From contig CAYNHV010000006.1 of the NCBI GenBank assembly GCA_964397315.1, positions 1 to 48,671 of the forward strand: DNA of 48,671 nucleotides. Direction: 5' to 3'. Below are positions 8,922 to 17,898 of this stretch, in pieces. Within the stretch, counting starts at the first letter, position 1. Each line of letters opens with the position of its first letter. The DNA is from an uncultured Methanosarcinales archaeon. Lineage in GTDB: Archaea; Nanobdellota; Nanobdellia; Woesearchaeales; UBA12501. The notes below the pieces were generated by a model. The model searched no databases. It saw nothing but the letters and a program-made list of their open reading frames with translations, and was not told where the DNA came from. Both the position numbers and the translations under genes were made by a program.

Positions 8922-10157
8922 ATGTTCCAAAAACCAAAGGGCACAAGGGATTATTATCCTGAGGAGAAGGAGGCAATGAACATGATAGGGGCCTCTTTCA
9001 GGCAGGCAGCTGCAAGCTACGGATTCAGGGAGGTGGAGGCTCCTGCTATTGAGACAATGGAGCTTCTCACTGCAAAGCAGGGCGACGAGATAAAGTCCCA
9101 GATATTCACTCTTGAGAAGAGGGGAGGGGAGGAGCTGGGGCTTAGGCCTGACATCACTGTCCCTGTGACAAGAATGTTCATACAGGGGCAGTTTGAGCTG
9201 CCAAGGCCTGTGAAGTGGTTCTACCTGACAAGGATGTGGCGTTATGAGAGGCCGCAGGCTGGAAGGCTCAGGGAGTTCTACCAGTTCGGCACTGAAGTCT
9301 ACGGAGCCGGAGGACCTGAGTCAGACGCAGAGGTGATAAGCCTGCTGATAGACTGCCTCAAGAGCCTGGGCCTTAAGAAAGATGATTTTGTTGTGAAAAT
9401 AAACAACCGCGTTCTCCTTCAAAACCTCATAGAGGAAGCTGGAGTTGAAGGCAAAAAGACAGGGGAGGTATTCAGGATAATAGACAAGAGCGAGAAGATA
9501 AGCGATGAGGAGTTCAGGAAAGAGCTGAAGAAGGCAGGGCTTGACAATGAAAGGATAAAAAAGATAAAGGGCATAATAAGCACAAAATCACTTTCAGCGA
9601 TAAAAGAGGGAACTCCTGGCCTTGAGAATATTGAAAATGTGCTCTCCCTGCTGGACAGCAGGAGGGATTTTGTTCAGCTTGACCTGTCCACTGCAAGAGG
9701 CCTTGCCTATTACACAGGAACTGTTTTTGAGGTTTTTGACAGAAAGGGAAAGTTCAGGTCTATAGCAGGGGGTGGCAGGTATGACGGCCTTGTGAAGCTG
9801 CTCGGAGGCCAGGAAACTCCGGCGCTTGGATTCGGCATCGGCCTTGCAACTCTGCAGATGCTTCTTGAGGAGAGGAACCTCCTCCCTGAATCCCCTGGCG
9901 GAGCTGATTATTATGTCGCGCCTGTAAGCGAAAGGGAGAGGAAAAAGGCGAGGGACATAGCTGACAGGCTGAGGAAGAGATGCTCAGCGGACATTGACCT
10001 GATGGGAAGAAGCCTGAGGAAGCAGCTTGAGTACGCCAACAAGGTTGGCGCGAAAAAGGTGGTGATAGTGGGGGAGGAAGAGCTGAAAAAAGGGAAGGTT
10101 GTTGTAAAGGACATGAGCACAGGCAGGGAAAGAAAGGCTGACATAAAAAGCCTTTAG
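8922..10157 (+). CDS. hisS: Histidyl-tRNA synthetase
   Basis: PKGTRDY, LRPD.T, RYERPQAGRLREFYQ, ARGLAYYTG, GGGRYD. Confidence 0.98.
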   Translation: MFQKPKGTRDYYPEEKEAMNMIGASFRQAAASYGFREVEAPAIETMELLTAKQGDEIKSQIFTLEKRGGEELGLRPDITVPVTRMFIQGQFELPRPVKWFYLTRMWRYERPQAGRLREFYQFGTEVYGAGGPESDAEVISLLIDCLKSLGLKKDDFVVKINNRVLLQNLIEEAGVEGKKTGEVFRIIDKSEKISDEEFRKELKKAGLDNERIKKIKGIISTKSLSAIKEGTPGLENIENVLSLLDSRRDFVQLDLSTARGLAYYTGTVFEVFDRKGKFRSIAGGGRYDGLVKLLGGQETPALGFGIGLATLQMLLEERNLLPESPGGADYYVAPVSERERKKARDIADRLRKRCSADIDLMGRSLRKQLEYANKVGAKKVVIVGEEELKKGKVVVKDMSTGRERKADIKSL

Positions 10158-10166
10158 CTTTTATGC

Positions 10167-10277
10167 CTATTCCCCCTCATCATAGCCGCACTTTGAGCAG
10201 CAGTAGAAGTGCCACAGTATCTGGTTTGTCGGGCCTCTCTTGTTCTCCATCTCTGCGCTGCATCTGGGGCATTTCAT
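10167..10277 (-). CDS. Zinc-ribbon microprotein (36 aa, MKCPRC...CSKCGY)
   Basis: Hand-translated; ATG overlaps the map stop (ATGA); CPxC and CxxCG pairs. Confidence 0.7.
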   Translation of the reverse strand: MKCPRCSAEMENKRGPTNQILWHFYCCSKCGYDEGE

Positions 10278-11176
10278 TCTCGTGTGGTAACCTCACACCC
10301 CTCTTTAGTCACTATGACCGTGTGCTCTGCCTGGCTCACCAGGCCCTTATTCTTGTCAGGCAGGGGAGGGAATTTTTTGAGCATGCCAAGGTTGTCCATC
10401 TCTCTCAGGGCAATCTTTATCCTGGGAAGGGAGATTCCGGCGCGGACAAGCCATCTTTGCGTGAAGGGCACTCCGTTAAACTTCTCAATCTCTTTCATGA
10501 CATTCCGGGTTATCATGTTCCTCACCGGCTTCTTTCCAGTGAGCATGAAAACATTCGCGTCGTCTCTCTCGTACACAATCCCGGCTCCTTCTGTCGCAAA
10601 TGGCTCTATGGCAAAAACCATGCCCTTCTCAATGACTGTATTGTCCCCATTGTCATAATTGGGTATTGAAGGCGGGCCGTGCACCACAAACCTGCCAACA
10701 CCGTGGCCGCCAAGGTTTCTTATTGGAACAAAGCCGTGCTTTGTTATTGACTCGTGTATGGCTTTTCCTATCTCGCAAGCTTTCACTTCTGGTTTTATTG
10801 TTTTTATGGCATTTTCAAGCGCCTCTCTTGATGCCTCAACAAGCTTCTTGTGCTTGTTGTCGCTGCTCAGGTCAACAGTCACTGCAGTGTCAGCCACGTA
10901 TCCTTCAACATGGACGCCAAGGTCAAGCTTCACAAGGTCGCCTTCTGAGAATTCCGCCTTGTCATCAGGCGTTGCGCAGTAATGCGCTGCAACCTCATTA
11001 AGGGATAACTGGGTGGGAAAGGCAAGTCCTCCGCCAAGCGAGATTATCTTCTGCTCTATCTTCTCAGTGGCCTCAGAAAGCGAAGCTCCTTTTTTTATCA
11101 GGCCAACACCATATTCTCTTGCGTTAGAGGCTATCTTGCCTGCTTTTCGGTACTGCTCAAGCCCTTCAACTGCCAT
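10274..11176 (-). CDS. map: Methionine aminopeptidase type II
   Basis: AFP, AAHY, KLDLGVHVEGYVADTA, NL.GH, AIEPFAT, QAEHT. Confidence 0.97.
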   Translation of the reverse strand: MAVEGLEQYRKAGKIASNAREYGVGLIKKGASLSEATEKIEQKIISLGGGLAFPTQLSLNEVAAHYCATPDDKAEFSEGDLVKLDLGVHVEGYVADTAVTVDLSSDNKHKKLVEASREALENAIKTIKPEVKACEIGKAIHESITKHGFVPIRNLGGHGVGRFVVHGPPSIPNYDNGDNTVIEKGMVFAIEPFATEGAGIVYERDDANVFMLTGKKPVRNMITRNVMKEIEKFNGVPFTQRWLVRAGISLPRIKIALREMDNLGMLKKFPPLPDKNKGLVSQAEHTVIVTKEGCEVTTRE

Positions 11177-11266
11177 AAGAATAAGATGATATGAGAGGTT
11201 TATAATGTTTTTGCTGGGAATCTCATCAGGGGAACAGCACTGGAGAATCTCCTCTTTTGCCGCCTT

Positions 11267-11644
11267 TCACCCAGAGGTTTCATACTGGCTGTAATCAGGC
11301 TGCAGCACATATCCTGGAGTCCCGGCCTCAAAAACATTCTTCTTCATGCCTTTGAATTCCTTTTGGAGGTACTGTCCCTGCCTGGCGCGAAGGCCGTAAG
11401 CAGACGCTGTCTCCTCAACTGCACTGCTTATTTCCATTTTGTGCCTGTCATAATCCTTTCTGCGAACATCAGATGTCACGCTGAGACCTATGCTTATGTG
11501 AGGGGGGTAATGCTCAAATGATATCCGGGGGTGTAGTGTTCCGATGTCAATCTTGCCTATCTTTTGCTCAAGATTGCCCTTAACAGAGGGATAAATACTT
11601 TTAAGGTCATAAACGCACTTCTGCCAGTCAACTTTACCTTTCAA
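11267..11644 (-). CDS. Hypothetical protein
   Basis: 125-aa ORF whose start overlaps the stop of the upstream peptidase gene; no recognisable motif. Confidence 0.5.
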   Translation of the reverse strand: MKGKVDWQKCVYDLKSIYPSVKGNLEQKIGKIDIGTLHPRISFEHYPPHISIGLSVTSDVRRKDYDRHKMEISSAVEETASAYGLRARQGQYLQKEFKGMKKNVFEAGTPGYVLQPDYSQYETSG

Positions 11645-12156
11645 TATATCACCCCAACAACAACTCCTTCAATATCCTCAAACCTCCTCTTGCCCGGGTC
11701 AGCAGAGGGATTATTGTCTCCTTTTGTTATGTAATACATGCCCTTTTCATCCTCTCCTGTCCTTATGACCCTGTGGATTATCACTCCGTCTGCAAGGGAT
11801 GTCCTGAAGGACACAACGTCTCCTGTGTGTATGTCATCCTCGCTCCTTGGCTTTATCTCAATGCTGTTAGCCTCTGAGTCTATGAATGGGTCCATTGAGT
11901 TCGTGTCAGTGAATGAAGCCCATGAGGCATTCTCCACCTCAATGATCACCCTGTCAGACAGCACCTTTATCCTGTCATCTGGTATGCGGTCATGGGGTGA
12001 TATGACATCAGCGCTTCCACCCCCAAGAATACCCAGTGAGAGGGGCATCTGAAGCCCTTCTGAGAGCATTCCAGAGCCCAGGCTGGCTGCAAGCATTCCA
12101 AGCATGAAAACAGCTGCAAAAGCAGGTATATTGCCTTTTAAAGCCCCCAAAACCAT
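11641..12156 (-). CDS. Signal peptidase I-like (S26) protein
   Basis: N-terminal TM; NSMDP (catalytic Ser), GDVV, IIHRV (His), TKGDNN. Confidence 0.8.
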   Translation of the reverse strand: MVLGALKGNIPAFAAVFMLGMLAASLGSGMLSEGLQMPLSLGILGGGSADVISPHDRIPDDRIKVLSDRVIIEVENASWASFTDTNSMDPFIDSEANSIEIKPRSEDDIHTGDVVSFRTSLADGVIIHRVIRTGEDEKGMYYITKGDNNPSADPGKRRFEDIEGVVVGVIY

Positions 12157-12263
12157 TTTATCACTGTTTTGGGGTTACAGATATATAAAGGTTTTGGTTT
12201 AATACTACTTCAAAGTGCTAAAATACAGAAATATTTAAATACTCAGGAGTTATTCTTGGCTAA

Positions 12264-12452
12264 ATGATGGTTACCTGCCAAAGGTGTGGTTGCGAGATTC
12301 CCAGCCTTAACAAGCTGAGAAAATGGTGTGTGGACTGCAGGAAAGTGCTCACGAACGAGAGAGCCAAGGAGAGGAACAAGAAGAGAAGGGCTGAATCCTC
12401 TCCTGAATCATCCAGGCAGGCAAAACACCCTGGAAAAGCAGGCAGGAAATGA
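12264..12452 (+). CDS. Small zinc-finger protein
   Basis: CQRCG...WCVDC followed by a basic helix; TTTAAATA about 25 nt upstream. Confidence 0.7.
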   Translation: MMVTCQRCGCEIPSLNKLRKWCVDCRKVLTNERAKERNKKRRAESSPESSRQAKHPGKAGRK

Positions 12453-12579
12453 CTCTTATCAGATAATGCTCACTTCTAATAAGCCGGAAGCTCTCACTTG
12501 TGGGGATGAAGGCTTTTAAAAGTTCCAAAAATCCGCCTGTCAAAAGCAGCTACTTAAAGCCCTGGGCTGCGGATTTTTG

Positions 12580-14475
12580 TTACTTTATTCTCACTGACTC
12601 AAGATTTCTCGGAGCTGTTGTCTCAACACGATTCTGCTTGTGTATTGAGGATGCCAGGTCAAGGCATCTCGCATTCTCGCCGTGATTGACAATCACCTTC
12701 TTCGGCTTTGGATTGCATCTTGAGACAAAGTTCATCAGCTGCTTCCTGTCAGAATGGTCTGATATGTCAACCTTGTGAATGTCCATCTTCAGGCTGAGCA
12801 TCTCCTGCCTCTGGCCCTCCCTGAAGGTGAATTCCCTCTCTCCGTTCTGAATCCTCCTTCCCAGCGAGCCTTCAGCCTGATAGCATGAGAATATAAGCGT
12901 GTTCTTTGGATTGTCCCCAAGCTGCCTGAGGTATTCAACAGACGGACCTCCCACAAGCATTCCTGCTGTCGCAAGTATCACGCAAGGCCCTTTGTCCTCA
13001 AGCACCTCCTTTCTTTCCTTTGCAGAGCCAACCCTCCTGAAGATGGAGGAGAGAAATGGGTTCTGGTCCTTGTGGAATATCAGCCTTCTCACCCTTGAGT
13101 TGAGGAACTCAGGGTATGCAGTGTGTATGGCAGTCACGTCCCACACCATCCCGTCTATGTAAACAGGTATCTCAGGCAGCTGCTTTGTCCTCATAAGATT
13201 CTCAAGGAGTATTATTACGTCCTGGGCCCTTCCTGAACCCAGAACAGGTATGAGCACCTTGCCGTTCCTCTTGATTGTCTCTGATATGCTCTGAGTTAGC
13301 AGCTTGTCAGCCTCGTGCAGGGGAGGCATGACATTGTCCTTTCCTCCGTAAGTGCTCTCTATCATGAGGGTCTCAAGCCTGGGGAATGATGTGGCTGCCG
13401 GCTCAAGCAGCTGGGACTTGCCGAACTTCAGGTCTCCTGTGTAAAGCAGGTTGTGAAGGCCGTTGCCTATGTGAAGGTGGACCATTGCACTTCCGAGGAT
13501 ATGGCCCGCATTGTAAAGGGTTATCCTTACATCAGGTGTTATGTCATTGACCTCCTCATAATCAAGGCAGATGGTGTGCTTCACCATCTCTTTTATGTCA
13601 TCCTGAGTGTAGAGGGGATCTCTTCCCTCGTTGACCATTATCTTGATTGCGTCAAGCTGGAGCAGCGCCATCACATCCCTTGTGGGAGGAGTGCAGTACA
13701 CAGGTCCCCTGTAACCATACTTGAAGAGGTACGGCAGCAGCCCTGAGTGGTCAAGGTGAGAGTGGGTTATGATAACAGCATCAAGCTCGTCTATCTTGAA
13801 CTCAGGGGACTCAAGGAAGGGGTATGGCTGCTGGTCTGAGGCTACATCAAGGCCGCAGTCAAGAAGCACCCTTGACTCAGGCGTCTGCAGGAACAGGCAG
13901 CTCCTGCCGACCTGCCTGGCTCCGCCGAGGAAAGTGACTCTTATCCACTCGTTCTTCTTCTCTCTTATCCACCCGTCATACACCCTGTGACCCACCTTAT
14001 TGAGGAATTTCCTTCTGTATTCGGAGTTCTGGTAGAGGACAGCCCGGATATTCTCTATGAGCTGGGATTTTATTGCGGGCTTTCTTCTCACTATGGGAAC
14101 CCACAGGGTCTTTTCCTTTATCTCCTTGAGAATGCTTCCCTGCTTGCCTATTGCCAGGCCGGGCTTCTCTGTCTCTATCACGACCTGGCTCCTGTAGGTG
14201 TCAAATGTTATGTCCCCTATGCCCGCTTCCTCGGGCAGGAGGTCAGAGATGAGCTTTCTTGCCTTCTCAGGGTCCATTGTTATTGAGGGGTCCGGCCTTA
14301 GCTCAACCCTTTTCTTGAACTTATCCACTATCTTCTTTATTGTTCCGTTATTGTTAAGGAAAAAATCCCTCTCCTTTGTGTAGAATATGATGTTGGCTCC
14401 CTCAAACCCCGCCTCGGATATTTTCTCATCAGGCAGGCTTTCCATCATTTCCTTTATTATGTCTCCCATCCTCAC
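12580..14475 (-). CDS. fttA: Beta-CASP ribonuclease aCPSF1 / transcription termination factor FttA
   Basis: N-terminal KH domains (KPGLAIGKQG), THSHLDH MBL motif, AGHILGS, ESTYGG, HSD, HGE. Confidence 0.96.
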   Translation of the reverse strand: MRMGDIIKEMMESLPDEKISEAGFEGANIIFYTKERDFFLNNNGTIKKIVDKFKKRVELRPDPSITMDPEKARKLISDLLPEEAGIGDITFDTYRSQVVIETEKPGLAIGKQGSILKEIKEKTLWVPIVRRKPAIKSQLIENIRAVLYQNSEYRRKFLNKVGHRVYDGWIREKKNEWIRVTFLGGARQVGRSCLFLQTPESRVLLDCGLDVASDQQPYPFLESPEFKIDELDAVIITHSHLDHSGLLPYLFKYGYRGPVYCTPPTRDVMALLQLDAIKIMVNEGRDPLYTQDDIKEMVKHTICLDYEEVNDITPDVRITLYNAGHILGSAMVHLHIGNGLHNLLYTGDLKFGKSQLLEPAATSFPRLETLMIESTYGGKDNVMPPLHEADKLLTQSISETIKRNGKVLIPVLGSGRAQDVIILLENLMRTKQLPEIPVYIDGMVWDVTAIHTAYPEFLNSRVRRLIFHKDQNPFLSSIFRRVGSAKERKEVLEDKGPCVILATAGMLVGGPSVEYLRQLGDNPKNTLIFSCYQAEGSLGRRIQNGEREFTFREGQRQEMLSLKMDIHKVDISDHSDRKQLMNFVSRCNPKPKKVIVNHGENARCLDLASSIHKQNRVETTAPRNLESVRIK

Positions 14476-14613
14476 ACACCTTCATCTATAATCTCCTGCT
14501 TTCAGAAAGATTCCATAATTCATTTTAGACTCCCGCTCTCTGATTAATTTGAATTGCCTGAATTAAAGATATGCTCTGGTCAGCAAACAACAATATGCGC
14601 AAGACAAAGGGTT

Positions 14614-15252
14614 CTAGTCTATCTTCTGGAGCAGCTCTTTTGACATCGCTTTCTTAAGGCCTTCTTTTGTTATTGTAACCACATCAACTCCAGAGCCTGA
14701 CGCTGAATCCCTCTGGAAAGCCGCGTTTAACGCCTTCATGATAAGCTTCTGGGCCTCGTCAAGAGACATGTCCTTCTTGTAAGAGCTTTCAAGAACTCCA
14801 TACGCAAAAACAGACCCTGAGCCATCTGCAGTGAATTCAGGCTCTTCGGTTATGCTTCCGTCAACACCTATGTTGTAAAGCTTGAATCCCCTGCTGTCCT
14901 TTCCTGCCACAATAAAAGCCACTATGCCTGGCACCATGCTCATCTTTCTCACGTTTGAGTATGCCATGCCTGCAATGAGGTTGGCTGCCTGCTTGACGCT
15001 TGTCTCAACATTGGTCCTTACCTTTTTTAGCTTTATCTCTGCTCTTATGAGCTTGACAAGAAGCTGCGCGTCTGACACCATTCCTGCTATAGTGACTGCC
15101 ATTGAGTCATCTATCTGGTGTATCTTCTCAAATCTCTTTCCCACAATCATGTTTCCTGCTGTGGCTCTCCTGTCAGCAGCAAGAATAACGCCGTCCTTGC
15201 AGATAATGCCTATTGTGGTTGTTCCGGTCTTAACCAAGTTCTCTTTTTCCAT
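14614..15252 (-). CDS. psmB: Proteasome beta subunit
   Basis: Propeptide-KTG/TTT, AADRRAT, GSGS, RDSASG. Confidence 0.96.
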   Translation of the reverse strand: MEKENLVKTGTTTIGIICKDGVILAADRRATAGNMIVGKRFEKIHQIDDSMAVTIAGMVSDAQLLVKLIRAEIKLKKVRTNVETSVKQAANLIAGMAYSNVRKMSMVPGIVAFIVAGKDSRGFKLYNIGVDGSITEEPEFTADGSGSVFAYGVLESSYKKDMSLDEAQKLIMKALNAAFQRDSASGSGVDVVTITKEGLKKAMSKELLQKID

Positions 15253-15279
15253 TATATTCCCTTATCAGCTTTCTTAGAA

Positions 15280-15299
15280 CTACAATAATTGGATTGTAG
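15280..15299. promoter_or_regulatory. Palindrome CTACAAT-N6-ATTGTAG between the psmB TATA box and start codon
   Basis: Perfect 7-bp inverted repeat; ATTTAAAT at 15307-15314. Confidence 0.4.
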
Positions 15300-15461
15300 C
15301 GCTCCTATTTAAATATTTTGTTTTTAAGCCCTGCCTGGACGCATTTTAAGAGGTTTTGAGAGGCTCAGAAGCTCTTTCAATGCCCGGAAGGGATTTGTAT
15401 CATCAAAAACCATTGGAAAAACCAGTTCCAGGTTTCAGTCCACACCAGCGGAAGAGTCTTT

Positions 15462-15555
15462 TTGAAAGAGGCCTACTTTCTGGCCTTTTCAATCTGCGCT
15501 TGGGGAGGGTGGGAGGACTATATTGAAAAGGCCTACTTTCTGGCCTTTTCAATCT
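15462..15555. repeat. Tandem duplication of the rps12 3' end and its hairpin (60-bp period)
   Basis: AGGCCTACTTTCTGGCCTTTTCAATCT identical at 15469-15495 and 15529-15555. Confidence 0.9.
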
Positions 15556-15970
15556 TACCTCTAGTAAGAGCATCAAGGCTCTGCTCATTAATCTTTATGA
15601 CCTGCCACTTTACTCCGGGAAGGTCGCCTTTTGCCCTGCCTTTTCCTCCTCCTATGCACTCAACAACAACCTCATCATGCTCATCCATCAGCTTTATTGC
15701 CCCGTCTCCTGGCGCGAATGCTGTTATCTGTCTGCCGTTCTTTATGAGCTGCACCCTGACACACTTTCTCATGGCTGAGTTGGGCTGTTTAGCCTCCATC
15801 TGAACCTTTTCAAGTATGATTCCTTTTGCCTGATGAGCCCCCTTAAGAGGGTCTGACTTTTCTTTTAGATTAAGCTTTCTCCTGGTGTAAGCTGGCTTGA
15901 GCCACCTGCTCCTGTTCCTTCTCTTCTTGAGCTTCTTGCCTGCATTCAGGCCTTTTGACTTGCTTCCCAT
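15533..15970 (-). CDS. rps12: 30S ribosomal protein S12 (uS12)
   Basis: [27 protein letters not shown]. Confidence 0.98.
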   Translation of the reverse strand: MGSKSKGLNAGKKLKKRRNRSRWLKPAYTRRKLNLKEKSDPLKGAHQAKGIILEKVQMEAKQPNSAMRKCVRVQLIKNGRQITAFAPGDGAIKLMDEHDEVVVECIGGGKGRAKGDLPGVKWQVIKINEQSLDALTRGKIEKARK

Positions 15971-16048
15971 TTTAAAACCGTCTCTGGAGGGGGTTTATAA
16001 ATTTTACGCTGCATGAAAATTCTCTGAGCTGACGGGCCTCCTTGGGCA

Positions 16049-16471
16049 TTATACCACTCTTATCTCCTTCACGTCAAAGTATCTTCTCACGTTTGACTCA
16101 AGATTCCTCAGGTTCTGGGCGTTCCTGCCTATGAGGAGGCCTTTTGTCTTTGTGTCCGCGCCCTTTAGGGTCACAACCCCTTCCTCGTCCTCTTCTAGGC
16201 TCTCTGCCTTGAGAGGCAGGATCATGTTCCTGATGAACTCAATCTTGTCAGGGTGGAACTCTATAATCCTTATTCTTTTCTGGAATTTTTTTTCAAGGCT
16301 CCTGACATTGGAGGCCTTTTTTCCCAGGGCCCTCCCGAGCTGGCCAGGCTGGACAACAAAGGTCAGGGTGTTAAGCTTCTCGTCTGTGAAGCAGTCCTTG
16401 AGCTTTGCGTGCGTCACATTCTCAAATAAGGACATCGACTTCATTGCAGAAGAGTCGTATTTAATCTTCAT
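16049..16471 (-). CDS. nusA: Archaeal NusA (two KH domains)
   Basis: G.ALGKKASNV and KGLLIGRNAQN KH motifs; conserved position between L30e and S12. Confidence 0.93.
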   Translation of the reverse strand: MKIKYDSSAMKSMSLFENVTHAKLKDCFTDEKLNTLTFVVQPGQLGRALGKKASNVRSLEKKFQKRIRIIEFHPDKIEFIRNMILPLKAESLEEDEEGVVTLKGADTKTKGLLIGRNAQNLRNLESNVRRYFDVKEIRVV

Positions 16472-16722
16472 TTTTTAAGCCCTATGACTGAGACAAAGAA
16501 GTGTTTCCTGCACATGATTCCCAGCTCGTCATTGGGAACTTTCAGCTGCTCCACTTCCACCTCTGAGATTCCGGCGTACCTTTCAACAGTCTCTTTTGTC
16601 TCTTCAGGGCAGTTTGAAGCAAGGAATACCTTGGATATCCTACCCTGCTTTATGTTCTTCAGGGTCTCCTTGGCTCCTATGAAAACCTTATTTTCCTTGA
16701 CAAGCGTCTTTAAATCTTCCAT
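16468..16722 (-). CDS. rpl30e: 50S ribosomal protein L30e
   Basis: IG.KETLK, LASNCP, ELG.MC.K.F. Confidence 0.93.
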   Translation of the reverse strand: MEDLKTLVKENKVFIGAKETLKNIKQGRISKVFLASNCPEETKETVERYAGISEVEVEQLKVPNDELGIMCRKHFFVSVIGLKK

Positions 16723-16723
16723 T

Positions 16724-17887
16724 TTAATCCTTTCCTTCTCCTTTCTTTATTTCCGGCTCAAATGCCAGCCTTGGAAGCCCTGTGCCTACAGGGATGGGCT
16801 GGTTGAGCATCACGTTCTCCACTACTGAGCGCAGCTTGTCCTTCTCTCCCACAAGAGCTGCCTCAATCAGGTACTTTATAGGGGTTTCAAAAGACGCCCT
16901 TGCAAGCACGGATGATTTCTCGGATATTATGCCGTACCTTGTTATTCCCTGCGGCTTTTCTGAATAGCACATGGTGTCAGCGACAAGCATGATGTGCCTC
17001 ATGTCTATGTTCAGGCCCTGAACATCAATCACCTTGAAGAGCTCGTTTATTATGGCTTGCCTTGCAGCCTCTATTCCAAGCACGCTGGATATCTCAAATA
17101 TGTCATTTGTTGTGGTCCTTGTTATGTCCACGAAGTCCAGCTCAAGCACTTTCCTGAGGTTTGACCCTGCTGTTATGATTATGAACTCTGAGCCTCTCTT
17201 CACAGGCAGAACGTGAGTGATGCTCTTTATTCCCTGGACAAAAAGGTTCTTTATCTTCTCCCTGAGCTTGTATATCTCATTGAGATTGTTTTCCTTGCTT
17301 GTGGACCTTATGGTTATGATGTCCTTGTCCACTGTTGACTGCCTTACATGCGTCCTTGGCTCCTTCTTTATTATCTTTACCAGGGTGTTCCTCGTCACGC
17401 CGACTTCTCTCAGCTTTTCTCCGTCAACCTTTATCTCTATGTTCAGGTCAACGATGTTGATGTTCATCTCCAGCACAACATCCCTTATCTTGGTCTCCTT
17501 GACTGAAAGAGCTATCTTCTTTATATCCTTGCCTGTTGAGTACGGCTTTTGAAGGTAGATTTCCATCATGGGCGTGCTGATTTGTTTTCTGCCGTCAAGA
17601 ACCTCAATAACCCTTGGCAGCCCGGTGGTCACGTTCATCTCGGCAACTCCCGCGTAATGGAATGTGTTCAGTGTCATCTGGGTTCCAGGCTCGCCTATTG
17701 ACTCTGCTGAAACAAGGCCTACAGACTCTCCAGCTTCCACCTTGCTGTTCTCAAAGTCCTCAAGAGCGATGTCCAGCACCTGCTTTACCTGCGCCTTTGT
17801 GGCCTTGGAGGGAATGCTGCTTTTTATCTCCTCAATTATCTTCGGGCTCAGCTTGCCTTCATATTCCTTGAATATCTCTTCATGCAT
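16724..17887 (-). CDS. rpoA2: RNA polymerase subunit A'' (Rpo1C)
   Basis: [37 protein letters not shown]. Confidence 0.98.
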   Translation of the reverse strand: MHEEIFKEYEGKLSPKIIEEIKSSIPSKATKAQVKQVLDIALEDFENSKVEAGESVGLVSAESIGEPGTQMTLNTFHYAGVAEMNVTTGLPRVIEVLDGRKQISTPMMEIYLQKPYSTGKDIKKIALSVKETKIRDVVLEMNINIVDLNIEIKVDGEKLREVGVTRNTLVKIIKKEPRTHVRQSTVDKDIITIRSTSKENNLNEIYKLREKIKNLFVQGIKSITHVLPVKRGSEFIIITAGSNLRKVLELDFVDITRTTTNDIFEISSVLGIEAARQAIINELFKVIDVQGLNIDMRHIMLVADTMCYSEKPQGITRYGIISEKSSVLARASFETPIKYLIEAALVGEKDKLRSVVENVMLNQPIPVGTGLPRLAFEPEIKKGEGKD

Positions 17888-17898
17888 GATATCACCAT

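Noticed and set aside
15381..15397. GCCCGGAAGGGA resembling SRP RNA helix 8
   Set aside because: Flanking CAGG and AGCA bases and the rest of the 7S fold are missing
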